DNA from: Octopus vulgaris | Taxonomy: Eukaryota | Length of the DNA stretch: 64,000 bases | Assembly: GCA_951406725.2 (NCBI GenBank) | Contig: OX597820.1 | Coordinates: 4,526,001-4,590,000 of the forward strand | Direction: 5' to 3' | Shown: one piece after another, positions 11,989 through 23,452 of the stretch | Position numbering within the stretch: position 1 is the first letter of the stretch | How the letters are laid out: every line of letters begins with the position of its first letter | The notes under the pieces: model-generated | What the model was told of the DNA's origin: nothing | The model's database searches: none | The model's input: the letters and a program-made list of their open reading frames with translations, nothing else | Position numbers and translations under genes: made by a program

Positions 11989-13306
11989 ATGTATATATGT
12001 ATATATACATACATACACACATACATAGATACACATAAGCATAATCCTCACTTTCACCGATATAACCACCACCCCCCGTCACCCCTACCATCATCATGAC
12101 CACCAACAGCATTTATATCTGTTTCCATGGTGACAGATGAAAGTGAAGTAAAACAACAACAACAACAACCAATATCTGGTAGAATTGGTAGAGCAACCAT
12201 CACAATGTCTTGTCATAGTTACGTCCATCCTTCTTTTACATTCTGAGTTCAAATCCCAGGGAGGTTGGTCGACTCCCTTCCACCTCCCCCCACCACACTC
12301 ACTTCACTCCACTCCACCTACCTTCAGCTTTACATCCCAACTGTCTTCTACCCTGACACCCCTCCCCTTCCGCCCACTTCCCCTTTCTTACAAGAGCTCC
12401 CCCCCCCTTTTTTTTCTCCTGTTGTCATAGTTACCTGCTGAGCTTTAACCACTCACTCTAGCAGCTGCTCCTTTTTCAGCATCACATCACACACACACAC
12501 ACACGCGCATGCACGCACACGCACGCACGCACACAGACACGCACACACACACGCGCGCGCACACATATTGCTTACATTCCACAATAGAACACACTTCTCC
12601 ATCCCCCCGACACCCCTCCACCGCTGCTTTGCTCCCCATTCCCCTTTTCGCCCTCTTTTTGTCCCCATCTCTCTCTCTCTCTCTCTCTCTCATGCTCTCT
12701 CCTCCACCCTTTTCCTCCAATCCTTTATCTTTCTCACCCACCCCACTCTGCATATATGACTGTACACTTGTGTGTGTTTGTGTAATTCTTAATGTTGATG
12801 TGTGTCAATGTAGATCTGTGTTTGTGTGTCGCTCCATCTCCACGTGTGTTAGCAGGTATATTCACACACACACACACACACATCACACACACACACACAT
12901 GCACACACACACATGCACACACACACATGCACACACACACACACACGCCACAGTTTGTAAATCTGTATCCATCTGTATGTACCATGGAGAGGAGGGAATA
13001 TAGGGTTTTAGTGGACTGACCCCTTTATGAGGTAAAGGGAGAGGACAGACAGTATTTTTTCCCTTTTCTGATGCATGTTGTTGCACGGTGGTGGTGGTGG
13101 TGGTGGTGGCGGCAGTGGTGGTGGTTTCAATGTTTATTGAGTAACCAAAATCTTTCTTTCATCTTCTGCTCTTTTATTCAGTTTGGCCCCTGTTCTACTC
13201 CTCCCCCACCCCAGCACCTCCAACAGAATGTAGGCCATTGAGTTTCCTCTTTAAAACTTCATCATTTCTCATGTAATATACACACACACACACACACAGA
13301 CATATT

Positions 13307-13500
13307 TATCATCATCATCGTTCAACGTCCGCTTTCCATGCTAGCATGGGTTGGACGGTTCGACCGGGGTCTGGGATGCCAGGAAGCTGCACCAGGCTCC
13401 AGTCTGATCTGGCAGAGTTTCTACAGCTGGATGCCCTTCTTAACGCCAACCATTCCGTGACTGTAGTGGGTGCTTTTTACATACCACCAGCCCTGGGGCC
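13307..13500 (-). mobile_element. SINE-like family B
   Basis: (CAT)n tail followed by the reverse complement of the family B body. Confidence 0.85.
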
Positions 13501-13534
13501 ATAGAAACACACACATACTTACATTATATAAATA

Positions 13535-13857
13535 TGAAGGCACGTGGCTTAGTGGTTAGGGTATTTGACTCACGATTGTAAGGTCGTGAGTTCAATTCCT
13601 GGTGGGGCGCTGTGTCCTTGAGCAAGACACTTTACTTCACATTGCTCCAGTCCACTCAGCTGGCAAAAATGAGTTGTATCTGCATTTCAAAGGGGCCATC
13701 CTTGTTGCACTCTGTGTCATGCTGAATCTCCCTGAGAACTAAGTTAGGGGTACACATGTCTGTGGATTACTCAGCCACTTACACATTAATTTCACGAGCA
13801 AGCTGTTCTGCTGATTGGATCAGCTGGGACCCTCATCATCGTAACCAACAGAATGCT
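13535..13857 (+). mobile_element. tRNA-derived SINE, family D
   Basis: A box tggcttagtgg, B box gagttcaattcc, gtgtccttgagcaagacac domain. Confidence 0.85.
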
Positions 13858-14140
13858 CTGTCTTAGAAAGAACTTCTGGATGCTTTGTGTTCTTGTCCCA
13901 TTTTGTATTTTTTTATGTATATATATATACACATATATAGAATAGAACACTTACACATTCACACACACACCTGCTCACACATACACGTGCACACACATAA
14001 CCACACTCACACACACACACACACACGCAAATAAACCAAAGAGCTACATAGTGGCCATCCTTATTAATATATATATATGTATGTGTGTGTGTATGCATGT
14101 ATATTTGTATGTGTATGCATGTGTGTGTATACATATATAT

Positions 14141-14405
14141 AGCGTGGAAGGTGTTTATAAGCCATATAAGAAACACACAAAATCCGTTAGATTCACTTCA
14201 ACTTTGAGATGCTGCACAAAGTTTTGTCAGTGAACAGGTCGTGGTCTCAAAGCGACGAAAATATTTTGGGAAATTAAATTTAAATGTTGAAGTGAATCTA
14301 ACGGATTTTGTGTGTTTCTTATATGGCTTATAAACACCTTCCACGCTGCAATTGTTTTTGTTCCAGTACACGATCTCAGATCAGGTCACTCACTATGCAA
14401 GTACA

Positions 14406-14410
<5 letters not shown>
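14141..14410 (+). mobile_element. Fold-back Penelope-like pLTR remnant next to (TA)n, containing an HHR
   Basis: 14141-14202 is the reverse complement of 14286-14347; same family as 20931-21253. Confidence 0.7.
14223..14273 (+). ncRNA. Type-I hammerhead ribozyme motif, G3-C8 core variant
   Basis: tttgtca-GTGAACA-g-gtcgt-ggtctcaaa-gcgac-GAAA-atat-TT-tgggaaa; one stem I mismatch. Confidence 0.55.
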
Positions 14411-14477
<67 letters not shown>

Positions 14478-14499
14478 GTATATATATATATATAATATA

Positions 14500-15012
14500 C
14501 TAGCAGTATCGCCCGGCGTTGCTCGGGTTTGTAAGGGAAATAACTATATAAGCATTTTTAGAGAGTTACTTCCTTTATAGATGCCAATTCGGGCTTTCTT
14601 AGCCATTTCTGTTTTGGTGTCTTCAAGCCATGAAGTCGTTGTTCTAAAAGAACGCTGGTCTCCTTGACAACGCTTTACGACGTTGATTTCCTTACACTCC
14701 CTTCCCCACAGCTTCACGAGGGAGGGAAGAAGGGGGGAAGCAAACACAGGTGCAGGTGTTTGAGCGTGGATGCCAACTCCGCCACCATCGACACACGAAA
14801 AATTATGCATTAAAATGGAATAAAAAATGATGTTAAATTATTTTTAAAATCGTAGATTCATCGTAGATGCGCGCTAATAGCCAGACGGGCTCGATATTAA
14901 TCATGACTATAAGATACCCGAATTTGGTTAAACTGCACCGCAAAATGTGGGAGGAGTTAGGAATCTAAATCGTAGGAGACAGACACTCACACAACTACAG
15001 TTTTATATATAT

Positions 15013-15015
<3 letters not shown>
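14500..15015 (-). mobile_element. Non-autonomous Helitron-like element, copy 2 (different internal segment)
   Basis: Same TC start and hairpin-CTAG end as copies 1 and 3, at an A/T junction. Confidence 0.8.
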
Positions 15016-15072
<57 letters not shown>

Positions 15073-15104
15073 TGTCGCCTCGTGGATATATATTTCCCTG
15101 GTTT

Positions 15105-15200
15105 CTTTGCTGACGAGACAGGCCAGTAGCAAATAGATTTAATTTAATTTAATTAAATCGGTTTGCCAATATGTATGTCAAAACTATGCATAGTCCAAAG
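15105..15200 (+). ncRNA. Type-I hammerhead ribozyme motif with extended domain II (G12A)
   Basis: ctttg-CTGACGA-gaca...tgtc-AAAA-ctatgcatag-TC-caaag: perfect stems I, II and III, GUC site. Lies in a TA-flanked insert at ~15071-15322. Confidence 0.65.
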
Positions 15201-15320
15201 ATGATAGGGGTAAATGTTTTTATTTTCCTTTGATTTCTGAATTACTACTATTTAGCGGTTTGAGTTTAGCTGCTCTTTCTAGTGGGTCGAATGGCCTATC
15301 AAGGCCATTCCTTAATATTG

Positions 15321-15366
<46 letters not shown>

Positions 15367-15479
15367 GGCAAAAATATACTACATAGTTTCTACACAGTCA
15401 CATTCCAGGTATTACCACACACACAAACTTACATATATTGCCTACACGCTCATGCATACCTGACATATGCTTCCATGAA

Positions 15480-15521
<42 letters not shown>

Positions 15522-16314
15522 CTATCTCCCCTCTGTAAAATTGGTCACAAATACCTCTTCTCTCTCTCTCTCTCTCTCCCTCTGTTATTTTCACCTTCTT
15601 TGTGAATGACTCATGAGCTTCTGTGAGTTCCTTCCAGAGTTAAAATCTCTGTTTGTTTCATTTCTTTCACTCTTGCCTCAACATGATAGTCCACATTACC
15701 TGCAATTAGTACATTATTTAATGAATGTAGTTCGCTCTGAAAATAGTTGCTAGTAGGAGGAAAGCTTTCAGAGAGAGAGTCTCCCTTACATTTAACACCT
15801 GTATCTACCTGTAGCACCTGTCTATATCTCTAACTCTTCCATCTAACTGTAATACTTCTAAAGCCTGTGTCTGACTTTACCTGTAACTCCTGTATCACAG
15901 GTATCACCTATGTCATCTAACTACTTATAACTTCTGTGTCTAGCTGTAGCATCTGTAGCTATCTCTAACACCTGTATTATCCGTGTCTACCTGTAGCATC
16001 TATACCACTTGCAACACCTGTGCCTACTCATAACTCCTCTGTCAACCTGTATTTCACTCTATCTACCTGTAATGCTGGTGTCTATTAGTAACTAACTATC
16101 TACCTATAGCATGTGTCACCTGTAACTAACTCTATTCACCTGCATTACCTTTATGCTATGGTAAATTCTATAACACACCTGCAGCACTTGTCTCTAATTG
16201 AATTTCTATGTATCTACTTGTAACACTTATTTTTACCTGTAACGCCAGTATATAAATGCATCTAGTACTTGCATTATTTGTATTACCTATATCACCTGTA
16301 TTAGCATTAAGGTA

Positions 16315-16718
16315 AAGAGTAAAGACCTTCTCCGGTCATGAATGACCATGGGATTGCACCTGGAAAGTTACTCTCCGAGGCACAAGGCCGGGCAAGGTTG
16401 TTTATGGAAGACCAGCAGTCGGCCATGCATACCAGCCTCCTGTCTCCAAGCCAATGATGTCATCCAAGGCCCATGGCTTAGTGGTTAGAGCATCAGGCTC
16501 ACAAGCATGAGGTAGTGAGTTCGATTCCTGGACCGGGCAGCGTGTTGTGTGCTTGAGCAAGACACTTCATTTCATGTTGCTCCAGTTCACTCATCTCTAG
16601 ATATGAATTGTGACATCACTGGTGCCAAGCTGTATCGGCCCCTTTGCCTTTCCCTTGGATAACATCAGTGGCATGGAGAGGGGGAGGCTGGTATGCATGG
16701 GCGACTGCTGGCCTTCCA
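16315..16718. mobile_element. Two back-to-back fragments of SINE family D/E (minus-strand 3' part, then plus-strand 5' part from ~16469)
   Basis: Both halves match the 29395-29708 copy, in opposite orientations. Confidence 0.7.
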
Positions 16719-16889
16719 TTACATTGACCCCAGTACGCAACTGGTACTAAATTTATCGACCCCGAATTTGAACCCAGAATGTTAAGACAGATGAAATACC
16801 GCTAAGGATAGTTAGATGGAAATATTGACAGAGAGAGAGAGAGAGACAAGTGGTGTTTGGGGTGGTATCGGGATCTACCCATATTAATA

Positions 16890-17030
16890 ATGGTTTCAGA
16901 TTTTGGCACAAGGCCAGCAATTTCAGGGGAGGGTGGTGGTGATTACTTTGACCTCAGTATGCAACTGGTACTTAATTTATTGACCCTGAAAGAATGAAAG
17001 GTAAAGTTGACCTTGGTGGAATTTGCACTC
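16890..17030 (-). mobile_element. SINE family C fragment
   Basis: caactggtacttaatttattgaccctgaaagaatgaaaggtaaagttgacc motif. Confidence 0.7.
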
Positions 17031-17067
17031 ATAATAAATGCCTACCCATAATAATGAAAATATATAG

Positions 17068-17101
<34 letters not shown>

Positions 17102-17239
17102 TCATGTTTTAAAAATATATATACTCAGATTTTGAGTTCTATTTTCCTGTTGGTGTCACCAAACATAATTCTTAATTTCTAAACTTGGCTTTTTATTCTG
17201 TAAAATTCTTTTAAGAGTATGTCTTTGCTGGTTCCCAAT

Positions 17240-17510
17240 CTTGAGATAGTGAGTTCAATTCCCAGATCAGGCTTTGTGCTGAGTTGCTCCAGTTCACATA
17301 ACTGTAGAAATAAGTTGCGATGTCACTGGTGCCAAGCTGTAGCATGGCCTGTGCCTTGTCCCTTGGATAACACTGGTGGCGTGGAGAAGGGAGGCCGGTA
17401 TGCATGGGCGACTGCTGGTCTTCCCTAAAAACATGCTTGCTCGGACTTGTGCCTTGGAGGTGAACTTTCTAGTTGCAATTCCATCCATGGTCATCCATGA
17501 TCGAGGGGTG
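17240..17510 (+). mobile_element. SINE family D/E, decayed
   Basis: gagttcaattcc B box; cactggtgccaagctgta...tgcatgggcgactgctggtc body. Confidence 0.7.
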
Positions 17511-18887
17511 GGATGGATCTTTACCCTGCACAAATTACAGAAGGCTGGTCTGAAGAACTTAGGTATTTTCTGCTAACATCCATGTTGCTTCCTACTGCTG
17601 CTGCATGGGGAATATGACCCTCCAGTTGACAGCTGGAATGTCTCACAATGCAAGTTCTATGCAAGATGTATACACTGTCTCATCCTGTCTCTCCATATCT
17701 GTTCCTATTGTTTCCTGTGCAGCACGAGGGTTGGTTGAAATGACAGAATAGAAACGTTCCATGTGGTGGCCATCATGCATGATGATGCCCCTAAGGCCCA
17801 AAGAAAGGGTGGGAAGAGGGTGGAGGGGGGTTGCTGTGCCAGCTGGTATTCATCTCTGTGTATGTGTGCCGACCCATGAAGAGTGTCTTGTAAAGACAGA
17901 ACCTCCCTCCCCACCTCCGCCCCTGCACACACAAGGGACCATGGTTGGTACTGTGTTAGGGGTGAGGACAGGGGTGGGGCACCCACCCAGCCAGGCAGAC
18001 AACAACTATTTCATAATAGAGGTAGGGAGTGAGTGAGCAGGGTGGTACTGCTGTTTGGTGGTGGTGGTGGGGTGGTGGGGGGTGTGTGTGTGTGTGTGTG
18101 TGTTGTAGCAGAAATGAGGGTGGAGGTGGTTAGAGGGTGGATGGAGGGTGGAGGTGCTGGTTGATGTGTGTCAACCCTGGATTTGGTTATTGTCTTCTTC
18201 ACCTGTGTAGAGAAGAAAAGGAAAGGGGTGGTGGTGGTGGTGGTGGTGGTGGAGTATGGTTTGTTGTGGGATAACGGGGTGGGAGAAAGGTAGTGATGGA
18301 GAGGGAGCAGGTGTTGGGGGGAGATTGGCTCCTTCTCTACTTCCACCATTGCTTCCACCCATCACCACTCCTACCACCATCACTTCCATCATTACTCCCA
18401 CTGTTGTTACTGTTACCACCACCACCACCACCACTACCACCACAGCAAGGAAGTCTACTAAAACAGGATTATAAGAAACGCGAGGGTGGCAGTAGCGGTG
18501 GTGGTTAGTTTATTGACGGTTTGGTTAAAGTTGTGGTATGAGTGGTGCCGTGATTGGAACAAATGAAAATTACAAAGAATGAAAATAGGTGCAAATGAAG
18601 ACTTTTCATTTTCTTTCTTCTTCTTTGTCCGTGTGTAGAATACAAGACAAAAAAAAAAGCACAAAAAGACCAAGATTGAATATGGCACAACTTCACTATT
18701 TCCGTTTCTCACATTTTTGCACAGAAAAGATTCCGTGAGGAAAGTTATGCAATATGTGTGGGCAGTGTGGCATAACTTTCCACATCAAATCATTTACGTT
18801 GCAACTGTTCCGTCCATGCCAGCATGGAAGATGGATGCTGAACGATGAGGATGATAAAATGAAGATGAAGAGGTTAGAAATGGTTGA

Positions 18888-19103
18888 AAGGCGGTGAGCT
18901 GGCAGAATCAATAGCACGCCGGGCGAAATGCTTAGCGGCATTTCGTCTGCCGCTACGTTCTGAGTTCAAATTCTGCCGAGGTCGACTTTGCCTTTCATCC
19001 TTTCGGGGTCGATAAATTAAGTACCAGTTGTACACTGGGGTCAATATAATCGACTTAATCCGTTTGTCTGTCCTTGTTTGCCCCTTGTGGGCAATAAAGA
19101 AAT
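18888..19103 (+). mobile_element. tRNA-derived SINE, family C (Meta/MESC-like domain), full length
   Basis: aggcggtgagctggcagaatc...gagttcaaattc...gtcgactttgcctttcatcctttcggggtcgataaattaagtaccag. Confidence 0.85.
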
Positions 19104-19398
19104 AAGAAATGGTGTGCGTCAGAAACAATTGTACCTAATTACAAAGTTGTGTTCTGTTCATTTCTTGTCTTCTTGCTCGCATCAGACATTGCTTCTCTGC
19201 CGTACTTTTTGCCAAAGATGTCCCTGGAGTTTCTGCTCCTTCGGGCTTTGGATTTTTCTCATTGCTGCACTTTAAGAATGAAGATATCCAAGTGTTTGGG
19301 TTTAGTGTTGCATTGAAAATATACCAATTTTCTAACTTATAACCACCTGCCCCTCCCACCACACACACACACACACACACTATGCACGTGTGTAATCA

Positions 19399-19568
19399 GC
19401 CACTACTCTCTCGGAGTGGTTGGCATTAAGAAGGGCATCCAGCTGTAGAGAGAGACCTTTGCCAGATCAGATTGGAGCCTGGCACAGCCTCCTGGCTTGT
19501 TGGTCCTCAATCAAACCGTCCAACCCATGCTAGCATGGAAAACAGACGTTAAATGATGATGATGATGC
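19399..19568 (+). mobile_element. SINE-like family B, 3' part
   Basis: Family B body ending in (GAT)n. Confidence 0.8.
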
Positions 19569-19925
19569 TATGGTAAAGGAAAGATGGAAGAGGGAATATT
19601 CAAGAAATTATTATTAATTTTGACAATTGTTTCAACATACCTAGCATCGATCCCTCACAGGTGGAACACTCTAAAACTGGTAATGATACACACACACATA
19701 TATATAACTAATCAAAGGGCTTACTAATTATAGGCTATTATGCCGGTCCATGTGAGTCCAAATACTTGAATGTATGCTGGGAGATTGTCTTAGCTCGTTT
19801 GCCTTCTGATGGGTGATTTCTGTAGTTATTTTCAGTGTATTTTGGCAATTCAAATAAGAGTTTTTACTGTTATTTCCAGCAGGTAGAAATGCTTAGTATA
19901 ATCTTTGATTAATTTTAATCCTTCA

Positions 19926-20233
19926 GATATGACCATGGGATTGCACCTAGAAAGTTATCCTCTGAGACACAAGTCCGGGTAAGGTTGTTTATGGTAAACC
20001 AGCAGTTGCCTCCCCTCTCCACACCACTGATGTTATCCAAGGGAAAGGCAAAAGGGGCCGATACAGCTTGGCACCAGTGACGTCGCAACTCATTCATACA
20101 GCTGAGTTAACTGGAGCAATCTGAAATAAAGTGTTTTGCTCAAGAGCACAACATGCATCCCAGTCCGGTCCCGGAATCGAACTCACAACCTCACGATCGT
20201 AAGCTCGATGCTCTAATCACTGAGCCATGTGCC
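19926..20233 (-). mobile_element. tRNA-derived SINE, family D/E
   Basis: Matches 29395-29708. Confidence 0.8.
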
Positions 20234-20429
20234 AATGAGAGTACCAGACTCATTTTGGCCCTTTTTGGCCATTTCAATGGTTTGTACTCCCAGCCAGACT
20301 CTTGCTTGGACAAGAATTTGCCATCTTTGATGTAGAGGAGAGCAATGTTGCAAATAGCTGATATTATCTCAGGACAAACACTGCAGTAACTGCCTATCAA
20401 TGGCGTATATACATGAAGTATAATATATA

Positions 20430-20824
20430 CTAGCAGTATCACCCGGCGTTGCTCGGGTTTGTAAGGGAAATAATTATATAAGCATTTTTAGAGATGTAAA
20501 GTATAATAGCCATCTCAATATGGCTAACCACAAAGGGGGAGGGGTGTTACTGTAGCTTTTTACGTTCTGAGATTTAATAATAAATTTTAGAGAGTTACTT
20601 CCCTTATATATGTCAAAAATGGATTAAAAATGGGAAAAATTGATGGTAAATTTTTTTTTAAATCGTAGACTCATCGTAGACGCGCGCTAATACCCAGACG
20701 GTCTCGATATGAATCACGACTATAAGATACCCGGTTTTGGTTAAACTGCACCGCAAAATGTGGGAGTAGTTAGGAATCTAAATCGTAGGAGACAGACACA
20801 CAACCTCACTTTTATATATAAAGA
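20430..20824 (-). mobile_element. Non-autonomous Helitron-like element, copy 3
   Basis: Closely similar to 6275-6661 over its length; TC and CTAG termini. Confidence 0.85.
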
Positions 20825-20930
20825 TTTCCTCTATTTACATAATATTGAGGTGTCTTTCTTTCTTTTGTTATCTTACTGTTTTTACCAATATACATATATA
20901 TATATATATATATATAAATATATATATATA

Positions 20931-21253
20931 GTTACAGAGATGTACTTGCATAGCAAGTGACTTGATCTGAGATCGTGTGCTGGAACGAAAACAGTTGCAG
21001 CGTTGAAGGTGTTTATAAGCCATTTAAGAAACACACAAAAACCGTTAGATTCACTTCAACATTTAAATTTAATTTGTCAAAATATTTTCGTCGCCTTGAG
21101 ACCGCGACCTGTTAGCACGATATTTTTGTCAGTGAACAGGTCGCGGTCTCAAAGCGACGAAAATATTTTGGCAAATTAAATTTAAATGTTGAAGTGAATG
21201 TAACGGTTTTTGTGTGTTTCTTAAATGGCTTACAAACACCTTCCAGGCTGCAA
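20931..21253. mobile_element. Fold-back Penelope-like pLTR remnant in (TA)n, containing an HHR
   Basis: Inverted arms of ~120 bp (~20995-21113 and 21135-21253); same family as 14141-14410. Confidence 0.75.
21125..21175 (+). ncRNA. Type-I hammerhead ribozyme motif, G3-C8 core variant
   Basis: tttgtca-GTGAACA-g-gtcgc-ggtctcaaa-gcgac-GAAA-atat-TT-tggcaaa: 7-bp stem I (one G-U), 5-bp stem II, palindromic AATATT stem III. Confidence 0.65.
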
Positions 21254-21277
21254 TATATATATACAATATATATATAT

Positions 21278-21791
21278 TTAAAACTGTATACAGCTATGGT
21301 ACGACCACACTTGGAATTTGCATCATTAGTTTGGAACCCCTATCTTGCACAGAACATTGACCTCCTGGAATCTGTCCAGAGACGTGCAACCAAACGCATA
21401 CCCTCCATCAGACACCTACCATATTCTGAGCGCCTTGTTTCCCTGGGCATGGATTCACTGAAGCTCCGGCGTCTGGCGACGGACTTGGTAAACACCCACA
21501 AAGTTATCAACCACCTCACCAACAACAACACTGAACACCTTTTTGATCTCCATGTGTCTAACACACGTGGACATGCCTACAAAGTCAGAAAACAATACAG
21601 CTCTCATGACTTTCGGAAACATTTTTTCACGCTCAGAGTTGCTGAAGCATGGAATAAACTGCCTGCGTCAGTTGTTGACTGCCATGACACTGCATCTTTT
21701 AAGGCCCTCATGCTTTCCGAAATCCGCCGAAACTACACCTGATTATATATACACTTTAGATGAGTTGTAGTGCACCTGAGCACTGTACACA

Positions 21792-21827
<36 letters not shown>
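21278..21827 (+). mobile_element. 5'-truncated CR1-clade LINE (ORF2 C-terminus, 3' UTR, (TTA)n tail)
   Basis: LYTAMVRPHLEFASLVWNP...LESVQRRATK...YSERL..LG..SL..RR...DL...TRGH..K....RKHFF..RV..AWN.LP: typical CR1 ORF2 end; stop at 21742. Confidence 0.9.
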
Positions 21828-21829
<2 letters not shown>

Positions 21830-21879
21830 ACACATATATATATATGTTTGTATGTGTGTATATGTGTATGCATGTATGT

Positions 21880-22110
21880 GTGTGTGTGTGCGTGTCTGTG
21901 CTTGTGATTGTCCTCCACCACTGCTTGAAAACGAATGTTGGTTTGTTTACATCCCTGTCACCTAGTGGTTTGACAAAGGAAACAGATAGAATAAGTACAA
22001 TGCTTACAAAAATAAAACTGGAGTTGATTCATTAAACTACAATTCTTCAAGGCATTGCCCCAGCATGGCCACAGACCAATGGCTGGAAAAAGCAGAAGAA
22101 TAAAAGAATA
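21880..22110 (+). mobile_element. SINE family A, decayed 3' half
   Basis: gatagaataagtac...ccagcatggccaca tail. Confidence 0.65.
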
Positions 22111-22174
22111 CATTCTCTGCTTTGGTCTTATGTTCAAGGCATGAGAAAGCTTGAGTTTACATGAGAAGGCCTAA

Positions 22175-22655
22175 CAGACCTGGTAGAAACAGCAGCCAAA
22201 TCTCCCTCAAATCACACCTTACTGTGTTATGTATGTATATATATATGAGCCAATGAGGGGGACCTCTACATGGTAGCTAGACCTGGTAGAAATAGCAGCC
22301 AAATTTCTCCCAAATCACACCTTACTGTCTTATCTTTCTGCTACTTGGATATACCTCTACATGGTAGCTAGACCTGGTAGAAATAGCAGCCAAATTCCCC
22401 CAAATCACACCTTACTGTCTTATCTATGTATATATGTATGTATGAGCCTATGAGGGAGACCCCTACATGGCAGCTAGACCTGGTAGAAATAGCAGCCAAA
22501 TTTCCCCCAAATCACACCTTACTGTCTTATCTATGTATATATGTATGTATGAGCCTATGAGGGAGACCCCTACATGGCAGCTAGACATGGTAGAAATACC
22601 AGCCAAATCTCCCTCAAATCACACCTTACTGTCTTATCTTTCTGCTACTTGGATA
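22175..22655. repeat. Minisatellite, ~5 units of ~90-120 bp
   Basis: agacctggtagaaatagcagccaaat...caaatcacaccttactgtcttat repeated five times. Confidence 0.9.
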
Positions 22656-22849
22656 TAGGTGTTATATTCGTCGTAAAAAACTTTCCTGTCACACACTCAC
22701 GCACACACACACACGCACCCTCACACACACACACACACACGCACACCCACACACACCCACTCACACACACGCACGTTAGCTTACAATTTTATTTATATAT
22801 TTGCGTGTCTATGTGTTGAAAGAGGAAGTGGGAGGCAGAGTGAAAGAAT

Positions 22850-23141
22850 CACTCACTACAGTAAGTCAATTACTTTCATTTTATTCGTTGCCCACTGTGT
22901 GTGTGCGTTTGCATGTGCTGTAAACCAGACTAAGAAAAGCATTTGACACACACACCAGAATGTGAGTTTTCTGTAAATTTTGCTTAATTGGAGTTTAAAT
23001 TTAAAAAACTGGACCTGGCATGACGCGATGCATTGTACTCTTAAAAATGCAAGGTAAATTGTAATTGAAGAAATCCTATATTGTAGATTTGTATAACTCC
23101 CAAAGGGAGGCAGATAAAATCTACCTTTTATAATAAGAGAT
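22850..23141 (-). mobile_element. Possible 5' portion of another Helitron-like element
   Basis: Minus strand begins A|TCTCTTATTATAAAAAG next to a TA tract, resembling Helitron 5' ends; no 3' end found. Confidence 0.35.
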
Positions 23142-23266
23142 ATATAAATATATACATATATATATATATATATACAAGTTCAGCAAAATTTAGATTCAGA
23201 TGAATATGGTACTTAAAGGCACCTGAATTTTGTTTGCTATTATCCATATAAATCAAATGGGGTGAT

Positions 23267-23452
23267 TATAATCAAAATAAGCAACAAGGATATCCAAGGT
23301 AGAGTAGTACAATTGTTTCATGCTACTTCATTTTAATAAAATGTTTAATAAGATTTTAATAAAATGTTTAATAAAGTGTTTAATAAAAGAAAGTAGCATG
23401 AAACAATTGTACTACTCTACCTTGGATATATTTGTTGCTTATTTTGATTATA
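23267..23452. repeat. Inverted repeat, ~62-bp arms (Penelope-like fold-back remnant)
   Basis: 23267-23328 pairs with 23391-23452; the arm contains GAAACAATTGTA, an HHR 3' half. Confidence 0.8.

Noticed and set aside
13535-13610. tRNA genes at A/B-box sequences (also 8826, 16469, 24667, 37628, 41453)
   Set aside because: No complete cloverleaf could be drawn, and each continues into a repeat body; treated as SINE heads.
19622-19661. Minus-strand ctgtga...GAAACAATTGTC as a complete hammerhead
   Set aside because: Core lacks a base and stems I and II do not pair; at most a remnant.
21194-21742. 182-aa ORF as a functional gene
   Set aside because: Its start lies in an unrelated fold-back repeat and TA tract; the rest is a truncated CR1 ORF2 tail without the RT core.
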